From Candidatus Enterousia sp. (GTDB lineage: Bacteria; Pseudomonadota; Alphaproteobacteria; Rs-D84): 64,000 nucleotides of DNA. The notes beneath the pieces were generated by a model. That model searched no databases. It had not been told where the DNA came from and saw only the letters and a program-made list of their open reading frames with translations. The stretch covers positions 127,243-191,242 of the forward strand of contig JAZQTD010000030.1 of the NCBI GenBank assembly GCA_045630455.1, read 5' to 3'. The position numbers and the translations under genes are program-made. This document shows, piece by piece, positions 9,663-18,366 of the stretch (position 1 is the stretch's first letter; each line of letters starts with the position of its first letter).

Positions 9663-10942
9663 TATATTGGTAACGTAATGCGGACACGCAGACCGCCCAA
9701 ATCACTGTTTTCTAAAAACATTTGACCGCCATGGTTCTCGAACGCTGTTTGGGCAATAGATAGTCCCAGCCCTGTACCACCAGTGTCTGTGCCGCGGGCA
9801 TCGTCCAGACGCACAAATGGTCGCATTGCATCTTTCTTTTTATCATCTGGAATGCCTGGGCCGTCGTCTTCGACAATGACTTCTACGTGATCTTCGAAAT
9901 CTTGCTCAGATATTTTTATGGTCGTTCGGGCATAACGTGCCGCGTTTTCAATAATGTTCGCAAATGCACGTGCCAGTGCCATTGGACGGGCATAGAACTG
10001 TATTGGATTGTCTGGAAAATCTGTAATAATTTTCTTGTCAGGTGCTGCGTCGCGTACGGTGCGTGTTAAAATTGGTGGTAATTCTGTTGCCTGCTCTATT
10101 TCTGGCATTTCGCCCCGCGCGAACGCCAGATAACCGTTTACCATTTCTGTCATACGGTCTATGTCGCGTATCAGGTCGGCATCCGTTGCCCCGCCCGTCT
10201 CTATATTCAGACGCATACGAGTCAGTGGTGCTTTTAGGTCGTGACTGACCGCATTAAGCATATCTGTACGTGTGCGATTGTAACGATTTAGGCGTTCTTT
10301 CATTGTTATCATCGCAGCGGCGGCTTCGCGGATTTCCTTAGATCCAGTTGGTTTGAATCCAGGTGCATCCAGACCGCGACCAAAACGCCCCGCAGCACGT
10401 GCAATGCGCTTGATGCTGCGTGTGTGCATAATAATAAACGGTGCAACCAATATTGATACGATTATCATCGCACCAATCAACCACAATATAAATACTTCGG
10501 TGCTGGTCGAATAAATGCGATACAAAGACGTACCGAATGTTGCAATCTGGTTGTCGCGAGTAGGAATATCAATAAATACCAAGCGTTTGCTTTTGTCCAT
10601 ATATATACTGGCGGGTCGTTTTAGCAGTTTGGATAACTCGAATGCCAGTTGCCCTGTTTCGGTAGCGTTATTGTCATCGCGTTTTGGTCGGTTCAAACTG
10701 GGGTTGATAGAAACATTTATACCTATATCGCGTGCCATTTGCTGGGCAGAATCCATATTGCCACTGTCCATAAAGTTCATCATTGTGGCAACTTCGCCTG
10801 CCAGTGTGCGTGCCAACGTATTGTGGACGCGTGACCAGTGGTTGCCAAAAAATGCGTTAGCAACAATTACCTGGGCAATAACCAAGGGAATTAAAATCAT
10901 TAAAATTGTACGGGCCAAGAAACTGCGTGGTGTTAATCTCAT
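9662..10942 (-). CDS. Sensor histidine kinase (HAMP, HisKA, HATPase domains).
   Basis: Two TM segments. H-box SHDLKAPLTRM. N, G1 and G2 boxes (NIIENAARYA; DDGPGIP; GGTGLGLSI). Overlaps the response-regulator gene by 4 nt. Confidence 0.8.
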   Translation of the reverse strand: MRLTPRSFLARTILMILIPLVIAQVIVANAFFGNHWSRVHNTLARTLAGEVATMMNFMDSGNMDSAQQMARDIGINVSINPSLNRPKRDDNNATETGQLAFELSKLLKRPASIYMDKSKRLVFIDIPTRDNQIATFGTSLYRIYSTSTEVFILWLIGAMIIVSILVAPFIIMHTRSIKRIARAAGRFGRGLDAPGFKPTGSKEIREAAAAMITMKERLNRYNRTRTDMLNAVSHDLKAPLTRMRLNIETGGATDADLIRDIDRMTEMVNGYLAFARGEMPEIEQATELPPILTRTVRDAAPDKKIITDFPDNPIQFYARPMALARAFANIIENAARYARTTIKISEQDFEDHVEVIVEDDGPGIPDDKKKDAMRPFVRLDDARGTDTGGTGLGLSIAQTAFENHGGQMFLENSDLGGLRVRITLPI

Positions 10943-11589
10943 TTTTCGTCTCTGTTGTTGGCGACAGTGTCTATTAGTTTATATCCACGGCCGCGAATTG
11001 TTATAATGTCTATGTTAGATAATACTATATTTAATTTGCCACGCAAGCGTTTTGCAACCATTGGTGCCGCAGGTGCAATATTGCCAATTGGATGTGTTAA
11101 TGTATACAGTAACTTCTTTTCTTCGCCAGATAGCGCAAGTAAAAGTGATGTACCATCATGATTTACAAAAAATTCTTTGTCGGCGTATGCCAGGCCAATG
11201 GGCATAATGGAATTAATGCTGGTGCCGCGATTGCGCATTATGTTGTTCAAACGCAAGATCAATTCGCGCATTTGGAATGGCTTGCCTAGATAATCGTCAG
11301 CACCACTGGACAGACCATCGATTGTATTTTCTGTGCCTGTCATCGCAGTAAGCATCAGTACGGGTGTCGTATCGCCATTTTTACGTAGTTGCTGAAGCAG
11401 TGTCAGACCGTCCATACCCGTCATCATACGGTCCAGAATAATCGCGTCAACCGCCATACGTGACAGCATGTCTGTTGCAACTTCTGCGGACTGGGCGGTT
11501 AAAACGTTGAAGTTTTCGGTGCGTAACCCGCGAGCTAACGCCCCACGCAACACATCATCGTCATCAATAATAAGAATGGTTTTGTTCAT
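10939..11589 (-). CDS. OmpR-family response regulator.
   Basis: Receiver domain with IIDDDD and the phospho-acceptor Asp in ILDRMMTGMDG, plus a winged-helix C-terminus with ITIRGRGYKL. Confidence 0.85.
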   Translation of the reverse strand: MNKTILIIDDDDVLRGALARGLRTENFNVLTAQSAEVATDMLSRMAVDAIILDRMMTGMDGLTLLQQLRKNGDTTPVLMLTAMTGTENTIDGLSSGADDYLGKPFQMRELILRLNNIMRNRGTSINSIMPIGLAYADKEFFVNHDGTSLLLALSGEEKKLLYTLTHPIGNIAPAAPMVAKRLRGKLNIVLSNIDIITIRGRGYKLIDTVANNRDEK

Positions 11590-11646
11590 TTTTATGGTCT
11601 GTGTAAGTGTTTGTGGTACGTGTAAAGCCCCTACACATACCGTGGT

Positions 11647-12570
11647 TTATTTGTCCAATGGCTCAACCGCATATTCGCCTGGCTGAATCATCATATATGG
11701 ACTGTTAGCGCCGTTGTTGCTGTCTTCGCCCAACAAAGATGCGCGGAATTTCATGCCGCTGGTTGTAAACTCTGTTTTGAAAAGCGCGTATCCAGTGCCA
11801 CCACCGGTTGTAGGACCTTGCATTCCCAGTGAATAATATCCACCCAAGATGCCATAGTCCAAGTCGATATAGTCTAGACTGACAATTAAAGATACACTGC
11901 TGATGCCGTCGCTGGTCATATTGCACGCAAATTCACGGTTGGACAATACTGCCTCTGAATTAGCGGGGACCATTAAGTCCATAACAGTTGGTTCGCACAC
12001 ACGGTCGATACCGTTTACCAAGAAATCATATGTCATACCAACGGTTGCTTTGGATAGACCTGTTGAAACGCTGACCTGGGAAATCGTGGCCTTTGGTATT
12101 TTGACCATTGCGTTGGCAATGCCACTGCGAACAGGGAAAGAAATTCCAGACTGTAAGCAATCTCGTGAGAATGGGTCGGCTTCGCATATATAAAGGCGCG
12201 AATGTGCGTTCATCATAAACATATTTGCCAGACTGTTGAACAAGAATGTACGTGTAATACGGTCGTTCAGACGTGTGCAACCAAAATTGCGGCAAATAAC
12301 CATTGGGCGATTTGCAAACATAACACCAGGGTGTGCGGCCTCTTCTGCGGCGCGAGCATCCATAATATTCTGGTCATAGTCCAGGCTGTCTGCGCGATTC
12401 ATAAATTCTGTTTCTGGGATAAAATTAGGGTCGTCTGGGTACGCATAGTACGACTGAACCGGCGTTTCAGTGTAAATCGTTTGAAAATTATCCATTACAA
12501 TATCAGTGTTCGCGTACGCGTTTGGTGCGACTAAACCTAATAAGAAACCAGTTAAAAAGAGTCTTTTCAT
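11647..12570 (-). CDS. Secreted hypothetical protein.
   Basis: Signal peptide MKRLFLTGFLLGLVAPNAYA; 307 aa with several Cys; no recognised domain. Confidence 0.5.
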   Translation of the reverse strand: MKRLFLTGFLLGLVAPNAYANTDIVMDNFQTIYTETPVQSYYAYPDDPNFIPETEFMNRADSLDYDQNIMDARAAEEAAHPGVMFANRPMVICRNFGCTRLNDRITRTFLFNSLANMFMMNAHSRLYICEADPFSRDCLQSGISFPVRSGIANAMVKIPKATISQVSVSTGLSKATVGMTYDFLVNGIDRVCEPTVMDLMVPANSEAVLSNREFACNMTSDGISSVSLIVSLDYIDLDYGILGGYYSLGMQGPTTGGGTGYALFKTEFTTSGMKFRASLLGEDSNNGANSPYMMIQPGEYAVEPLDK

Positions 12571-12712
12571 TTTATTGTGCCTTTTTCTCTTATGACGAAT
12601 TTTAGAACATTTTATATAATTGTGTCAAAACAAAAATATTTTTATTGAAAATTGATGTCTGTTTGTTCTAAGTTTAATGCGAAAAGAACATTTTTACGAA
12701 AGGTGAAATCAA

Positions 12713-13372
12713 ATGGTTGATCTTATTATTGGCGGAGAATCTGGGAAAATACACGCGGTTTATCATAAGTCTGCAACACCGGGCGCGCCGTTGGCAGTGG
12801 TGCTGTCGGGGAATCCACGACAAAAGTATCATATGAATGACCGTGTCACATATGCTATGTTCCGCGCGTTTATGGATATTGGATTTTCAGTTGTGCGATT
12901 TAACTATCGTGGGGTCAATGATTCCGAAGGGGCATTGGGTACGACCGCTGAAAATATGCTGGATATTGCGACGGTGATTGACTGGATTCAAAATCATAAT
13001 GAAGACAGTGATCAAATCTGGCTGGCGGGGCATCAATTGGGGGCGTGGTATGTATTGCAGGCAATGATGCGCCGTCCAGAAGTGTCTGGGTTTGCGTTGG
13101 TGTCTCCGGATTCTGCTGTTTCTGATTTTGCTTTCTTGTCACCACGCCCAAATCGCGGGCTGTTGTTACAGGGGGCAAATGAATCCGAAGATGCGCGCTC
13201 GTTTGCAACTCATCTGACTCAGGTATTGAAAAAGCAAGCACAGATTGATTTGGAAACAATTCGTGTAAAAAATGCGGATGCTCATTACAGTCAGCCTGCT
13301 GACCTGCGCCAGATGTACAATGATTTGAAGGCCTATGTTGGTCGTGAAAGCGCAGAAGATAAGTTGTTATAA
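12713..13372 (+). CDS. Alpha/beta-hydrolase-fold protein with Gln in the nucleophile-elbow position (GHQLG).
   Basis: 219 aa. Resembles short esterase-like hydrolases, but the G-x-S-x-G elbow reads LAGHQLGAW, with codon CAA confirmed in the DNA. Its stop lies 3 nt before the ruvB start. Confidence 0.5.
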   Translation: MVDLIIGGESGKIHAVYHKSATPGAPLAVVLSGNPRQKYHMNDRVTYAMFRAFMDIGFSVVRFNYRGVNDSEGALGTTAENMLDIATVIDWIQNHNEDSDQIWLAGHQLGAWYVLQAMMRRPEVSGFALVSPDSAVSDFAFLSPRPNRGLLLQGANESEDARSFATHLTQVLKKQAQIDLETIRVKNADAHYSQPADLRQMYNDLKAYVGRESAEDKLL

Positions 13373-13374
13373 AT

Positions 13375-14364
13375 ATGATGAATAAAGAACGTTTTTTGGA
13401 TGCCAATGTGCCAGACGAATTTGGGGCGACTATTCGTCCACGAACTTTGTCGGATTTTATTGGACACGAAAGTTTAAAGCAAAATTTGTCGGTGTTTGTT
13501 TCGGGGGCGCGTAATCGTGGTGAAGCAATGGATCATGTTTTGCTGTATGGTCCTCCGGGACTGGGCAAGACAACATTGGCACATATTGTGGCAAATGAAC
13601 TGGGGACTAATTTTCGTGCAACAGCGGCGCCAATGCTGACCAAGCAAGGGGATTTGGCAGCGATTCTGACTGCGTTAGAGCCTATGGATGTGCTGTTTAT
13701 TGATGAAATTCACCGTTTGCCAACTGCAATCGAAGAAGTTCTTTATTCCGCAATGGAAGACTTCAAATTGGATATTATGCTGGGCGAAGGGCCTAGTGCA
13801 AAAAGTGTGCGGATTGACCTGCCTCCGTTTACGTTGGTGGGCGCGACAACCCGTACGGGATTGCTGTCTAATCCATTGCGCGATAGATTTGGTATTGATT
13901 TGCGTTTGACTTTTTATGGTCCAGAAGATTTGGCGAAAATTATTATGCGCAGTGCAAATATCTTAGGTACACCTATTGATAATGATGGGGCGTTGATGTT
14001 GGCACGATCTGCACGTGGTACACCACGTATTGCAAATCGCCTGTTAAAGCGTGCGCGTGACTTTGCGAGTGCGCTGTCCAAGAATCAAATTACCGCAGAC
14101 ATTATTAAAACTACTCTATTCCAGTTGCATATTGATGAATGTGGACTGGATGAAATTGACCGTGAATATATGAATACTGTTATTAAACATTACGCGGGTG
14201 GACCGGTTGGAATTGAAAATCTTTCTGCGGCATTGTCTGAGCCGGCAGATACAATCGAAGATGTTATTGAGCCGTATTTGATGCAACTGGGCTTTGTTCA
14301 GCGTACCCCACGTGGTCGCGTTATTACTGATGCGGGATATAAACATTTGGGACTGGAAAAATAG
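13375..14364 (+). CDS. ruvB: Holliday junction branch-migration ATPase RuvB.
   Basis: Walker [10 protein letters not shown], Walker [10 protein letters not shown], sensor motifs, and a winged-helix C-terminus. Confidence 0.9.
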   Translation: MMNKERFLDANVPDEFGATIRPRTLSDFIGHESLKQNLSVFVSGARNRGEAMDHVLLYGPPGLGKTTLAHIVANELGTNFRATAAPMLTKQGDLAAILTALEPMDVLFIDEIHRLPTAIEEVLYSAMEDFKLDIMLGEGPSAKSVRIDLPPFTLVGATTRTGLLSNPLRDRFGIDLRLTFYGPEDLAKIIMRSANILGTPIDNDGALMLARSARGTPRIANRLLKRARDFASALSKNQITADIIKTTLFQLHIDECGLDEIDREYMNTVIKHYAGGPVGIENLSAALSEPADTIEDVIEPYLMQLGFVQRTPRGRVITDAGYKHLGLEK

Positions 14365-14369
14365 TCGCT

Positions 14370-14744
14370 ATGAAAACGCATATATTCCCTTTTACAATCG
14401 CATATGCCGATACAGATGCCGAAGGTATTGTATATCACGCACGCTATCTGGAAATTGCAGAGCGCGCACGTATGAATTGGTTGCGTGGAAAGCTTAATAT
14501 CGGTAATGATGTTGGCTTTGTTGTTCGCGAATTGAATATCAAGTATCTGTCACCACTGCGGGTTGCAGATGACTTTGTTGTTGAAACGACTATGACAGAT
14601 GTTGGAATGGCGTCTGTGCGTGTGGAACAAAAGTTCGTGAAAGATGGGAATGTTTATGCTATAATAAATCTTAAGGTTGCATATTTGGGTGCTGATCTGC
14701 GTCCAAAAAAAATACCAGACGGATTTATAAAAAATTTAGTCTAA
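14370..14744 (+). CDS. ybgC: Tol-Pal-associated acyl-CoA thioesterase YbgC (4HBT fold).
   Basis: IAYADTDAEGIVYHARYLEIAERAR hotdog-fold signature; sits immediately upstream of tolQ. Confidence 0.75.
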   Translation: MKTHIFPFTIAYADTDAEGIVYHARYLEIAERARMNWLRGKLNIGNDVGFVVRELNIKYLSPLRVADDFVVETTMTDVGMASVRVEQKFVKDGNVYAIINLKVAYLGADLRPKKIPDGFIKNLV

Positions 14745-14771
14745 AAGTTTAGCAAAAAAAGGAAAGGAAAG

Positions 14772-15245
14772 ATGGAAAATAGTTTTTCGTTATTAAGTTT
14801 GTTCACGGGTGACTTGATGACATTGTTTGTGTCGTTGGTGCTGGTGGTGTTTAGTGTTATGTCTTGGGCGATTATTGTTGAAAAGTTTCGTCTGTGGCGT
14901 GGTCAAAAAAGAAATCCTGTTAAAATGAAGCCAAATGAAAATCTGGATGTATTTATTCGTCCGTTTGATAAGAACTTGTGGTTCTTGTCGATGGTGGCGT
15001 ATATTTCCCCGTTCATTGGGTTGTTTGGGACTGTTTGGGGTGTTATGGATTCTTTTGCGTCAATTGGTGTTAACCAGTCGGTCAGCATTGGCGTTATTGC
15101 CCCAGGGTTGGCGGTTGCGTTGGGTACAACTGCGTTGGGGTTAATTGCTGCGATTCCGGCGGCGATTGCACATCAGATTTATTCAAAGAAAGCAGACGAT
15201 TTGTATGAACGTTTGGAATGCGCCTGCAAAGAATTAAACAAATAA
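14772..15245 (+). CDS. tolQ: TolQ/ExbB-family proton channel, a short 157-aa form.
   Basis: MotA/TolQ/ExbB C-terminal TM pair (GLFGTVWGVM...ALGTTALGLIAAIPA); shorter than the canonical roughly 230 aa. Confidence 0.7.
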   Translation: MENSFSLLSLFTGDLMTLFVSLVLVVFSVMSWAIIVEKFRLWRGQKRNPVKMKPNENLDVFIRPFDKNLWFLSMVAYISPFIGLFGTVWGVMDSFASIGVNQSVSIGVIAPGLAVALGTTALGLIAAIPAAIAHQIYSKKADDLYERLECACKELNK

Positions 15246-15256
15246 TGGTGGGTTAA

Positions 15257-15655
15257 ATGTCCAGACTAAGACGCAGAAATAATGACTCTTCGATTCAATT
15301 AACGCCGATGATTGACGTTATGACGGTGTTGTTAGCGGTGTTTATGGTGACAACCCCGATGATGACGACTGGAATTGATTTGAATTTGCCGCGTGCGGGG
15401 GCTTCGGCTATGACGGGGGCAGATCACGCAATTCAAATTAGTGTGGACAAAGGCGGCAATTATTATCTGTCTGAAATGAAATTGTCACGCGATGAAATTG
15501 TAAAGCGTGCCATCGCGATGCGCAGCGAAAATCCTCAGTTGACGATTATGATAAGTGGTGATGCGGCTGCTGATTATGGTGCGGTTATGTCAATGATGGG
15601 TAAATTAAAAGACGCAGGTTTCCAGAAAGTTGGTCTGCGCACACAACCAGAATAA
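15257..15655 (+). CDS. tolR: TolR/ExbD.
   Basis: Single TM segment LTPMIDVMTVLLAVFMV with a biopolymer-transport ExbD/TolR periplasmic domain. Confidence 0.75.
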   Translation: MSRLRRRNNDSSIQLTPMIDVMTVLLAVFMVTTPMMTTGIDLNLPRAGASAMTGADHAIQISVDKGGNYYLSEMKLSRDEIVKRAIAMRSENPQLTIMISGDAAADYGAVMSMMGKLKDAGFQKVGLRTQPE

Positions 15656-16429
15656 TTGAACATTATGAAAGATAAGTATTTTAATCTTGAAAATATTTTA
15701 ATGTCTGTTGGTGGGCATTTGGTTGTGCTGGCAATTTTGGTGACGTCTGCAACAATTATTCTGAACCGTGCACAACTGATTACACCCGACAGGATTGAGA
15801 TAATAGAGATAGATTTAAATAATATCAAAATATCTGGTGATGAAACAAAATTGCAAAACGCAAATGCAGATGTTGCACCCGAAAAAGTCAAAGAAGAAAA
15901 GCCAGAACCTAAACCAAAGCCAGAGCCTGAAAAAGTAGAAGAAAAACCAATAGAAGAACCAACATTGGTTGAAGAGCCAGAACCAGAGCCTGAGCCCGAA
16001 AAGAAAGAGGAAAAAAAGCCAGAACCAGTCGAAGAGAAAAAGGTTGAGCCAGCACCTGCCCCGAAAAAGAAACGCGTTGTTCGTGTTAATCGAGAAGTGA
16101 TGAGCTTAGACAGGACTATGACTGTGTCGGTTGTTGATGCGCTACGTGTCGCGATGACTCGATGCTGGGTAATTGATACAACGCGCAATGATATTAGTGA
16201 TATTCGTGCAGTTGCACATTTGACTATGCGTTCTAATGGTACGGTGCGTGATGTTTGGTTTGAGTCCGAGGCACGCGCGGAAACAGACCCTGCATTTGCG
16301 TATGTATTGGAAACAATTCGTGATGCGATTAACACGTGCCAGCCATTAAATATGCTGCCCAAGAATGAATATAGCAAATGGGAAAAAATTCAATTAACAT
16401 TCTATCCAACCAGTGGTAAGGTTATGTAA
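15656..16429 (+). CDS. tolA: TolA-like protein.
   Basis: N-terminal TM anchor, a Lys/Glu/Pro-rich extended helical region (KPEPKPKPEPEKVEEKP...), and a C-terminal globular domain. Confidence 0.6.
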   Translation: MNIMKDKYFNLENILMSVGGHLVVLAILVTSATIILNRAQLITPDRIEIIEIDLNNIKISGDETKLQNANADVAPEKVKEEKPEPKPKPEPEKVEEKPIEEPTLVEEPEPEPEPEKKEEKKPEPVEEKKVEPAPAPKKKRVVRVNREVMSLDRTMTVSVVDALRVAMTRCWVIDTTRNDISDIRAVAHLTMRSNGTVRDVWFESEARAETDPAFAYVLETIRDAINTCQPLNMLPKNEYSKWEKIQLTFYPTSGKVM

Positions 16430-16469
16430 CACAAAGCCCGCGGGAGAGAGAATAACCAAAGGCAACACA

Positions 16470-17576
16470 ATGAAAAAATATTATTCTGAAAATTGGTATC
16501 AAGCAACTGACAAGTTTGTAAAAAATGCTGCAAATTTTAGTGATGTAAAGTGGTGTGTTGCAGACAATCATCAATTTGATATTCCGTATGTTTTGATTGG
16601 TGACGGACCAAACAAGATTGTTATAAATTCTGGTGTCCATGGGATTGAGGGCTATTTCGGCAGTGCAGCGCAAAATATGTTTTTGGATAAATTTGCGTGC
16701 AACTTATCACCCGAATTTTTGAAAAAGTATACAGTGTGCTTGATTCATATTATCAATGGTTGGGGAATGCAGAATCGTATGCGCGAAGTATTTGATACAA
16801 CACGTGGTGGCTTGGTAGATTTGAACCGTAATTTTGGTGTAGATTTTTCATCGCCAGATAAATTGCCACAAAATCCAAAGTATGAATTGGCGCACGATTT
16901 GTTGTTGTCAAAACCAGATGCGGTTAATAAAAAGAATGCTATAAAAGCATTTCGTGCAGAACATTTACACGATGGCGCGTGGGATGCGATAAGTTTTGGA
17001 CAATATACACACCCGTACGGCTTGTTTTATGGTGGTGCAGCACCAATGATTGAAAATAAAATGACTTTACATATTTATGACGATATTATGCGCGATGCAA
17101 AATCGTTAACTTCAATTGGTTTACATACTGGCTTAGGGCGTTTTGATAGAAAACGTGGGCGTGTAACAAGACAGTTGCTGGTGTCGCATCCGGCATCTCA
17201 TAAAAACACAGATTATTTTGCGGATATGCTGGTTGGAACCGCGGTTGTTTCAGACGAACGCGCTGTTAATGGCCCTGTGTTGTTGGGGGATTTGGTTGAT
17301 TGTTTAGAGGCGCGATATGGCACGAAAGAAATCCCAGTTTATACAGCCGATTTTGAAATCGGTACAGGTGAATTTCCAATTATGTCCCCTATTTACAAGC
17401 GTATGGATATGGGGGATGCACGATATGATTTGTTGAATCGTGGCGCAATTAGTCCACAAACACTGCAAAACTTAACAGAAAGTTGGTATCCGTCTGATCC
17501 AAAATGGCGTGATGCAGCACTGGATGGGGCAAACGTTTTATTTGCAGAGTTGATTAATGGGCATAAGCAACGATAA
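16470..17576 (+). CDS. M14 (zinc carboxypeptidase / succinylglutamate desuccinylase)-like protein in the position usually occupied by tolB.
   Basis: SGVHGIEG motif typical of M14-fold zinc hydrolases; start placed at MKKYYSENWYQ. Confidence 0.4.
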   Translation: MKKYYSENWYQATDKFVKNAANFSDVKWCVADNHQFDIPYVLIGDGPNKIVINSGVHGIEGYFGSAAQNMFLDKFACNLSPEFLKKYTVCLIHIINGWGMQNRMREVFDTTRGGLVDLNRNFGVDFSSPDKLPQNPKYELAHDLLLSKPDAVNKKNAIKAFRAEHLHDGAWDAISFGQYTHPYGLFYGGAAPMIENKMTLHIYDDIMRDAKSLTSIGLHTGLGRFDRKRGRVTRQLLVSHPASHKNTDYFADMLVGTAVVSDERAVNGPVLLGDLVDCLEARYGTKEIPVYTADFEIGTGEFPIMSPIYKRMDMGDARYDLLNRGAISPQTLQNLTESWYPSDPKWRDAALDGANVLFAELINGHKQR

Positions 17577-17580
17577 AAAA

Positions 17581-17600
17581 TCGCGCCCCCGTGGGGACGC
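17581..17600. terminator. Bidirectional terminator shared by the M14-like gene and rnpB.
   Basis: GCGCCCCCGTGGGGACGC hairpin with A/T runs on both sides. Confidence 0.6.
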
Positions 17601-17935
17601 GGTGCAGACACACGATAAGCCGGATTCTGTCCTGCCAAAAACCCAGATTCTTTCGAAACCCAAGTAATGGTAGTGGATATGATTAATCTGCAATTTGTGT
17701 TGCCACAATTGTCAAGCCTTCTACCCGCCCCCGATGTGGGACACATATAGGGGGCCTATTTGAAGTTGCTGCGCACAGAGATTGCCCGTTTCACTCGAAT
17801 TTAATCGTTTACGTCACTGTTGCTCTGATCGTCGGGTCGCCCCGCCCGGTATATTAGCCGGTGTGCTGTCCCAAGCAGTCCGGACTTTCCTCGTTCTGGC
17901 GAATGCCAGGCGCCATACCCTGTGTGTCGTACGTT
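17601..17935 (-). ncRNA. rnpB: RNase P RNA, type A.
   Basis: Minus strand contains the P3 hairpin GCCUGGCAUUCGCCAG, the P4 motif AGGAAAGUCCGGAC, the stretch GGGACAGCACACCGGCUAAUAUACCGGGCGGGGCGACCCGACGAUCAGAGCAACAG (a near match to the bacterial consensus), and the 3' segment GACAGAAUCCGGCUUAUCG. P1 pairs GACACAC with GUGUGUC. Confidence 0.8.
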
Positions 17936-17940
17936 CCCCT

Positions 17941-17968
17941 ATAATATCATGAATTTATAAAATGGCAA
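17941..17968 (-). promoter_or_regulatory. Sigma70-type promoter for rnpB.
   Basis: Minus strand TTGCCA, 16-nt spacer, TATTAT, about 7 nt before the RNA 5' end. Confidence 0.5.
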
Positions 17969-17969
17969 T

Positions 17970-18185
17970 TTATTTCTTGGCCCCTTGGGTGCGGGCAGAT
18001 TTTAATGCGTGATTTAATGCCGCACGGGCGATTTGACGAATTTTTGGGGCAAATGTGCGCATATTCATTGTGTCTGCCACAGTGTTGCCGAAAATGTTCG
18101 CAATGTAGTCCAACTGTGATGGTGCAATTGTGTAAATTTCACTGGTAATATCGTTAATGCTTAAATCTTGTACCGGTTCGCGCAT
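17970..18185 (-). CDS. Small hypothetical protein (71 aa).
   Basis: ORF ending right at the rnpB promoter; no recognised motif. Confidence 0.3.
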   Translation of the reverse strand: MREPVQDLSINDITSEIYTIAPSQLDYIANIFGNTVADTMNMRTFAPKIRQIARAALNHALKSARTQGAKK

Positions 18186-18310
18186 AGTAAAAATCCCTCT
18201 GTTTCACATATAATTTATCATATTTTTATGCCTGTTTCAGTCAATTTTTTCAAAAAAAGTTAAATTTAGTCCTTGCTTATTTCAAAATCCGTCACTATAT
18301 CATAAAGTAA

Positions 18311-18339
18311 CTTGACTGAAAGGTGCGAAATTGCTATAA
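18311..18339 (+). promoter_or_regulatory. Candidate sigma70 promoter for secA.
   Basis: TTGACT, 17-nt spacer, TATAAA. Confidence 0.4.
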
Positions 18340-18366
18340 ATTTCGTGATAAAATAAGGAAAGAAGT

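Noticed and set aside
15574-16377. A 267-aa minus-strand ORF covering tolA.
   Set aside because: It is an antisense translation of the repetitive Lys/Glu/Pro-coding TolA linker, and the tol operon context supports the plus-strand genes.
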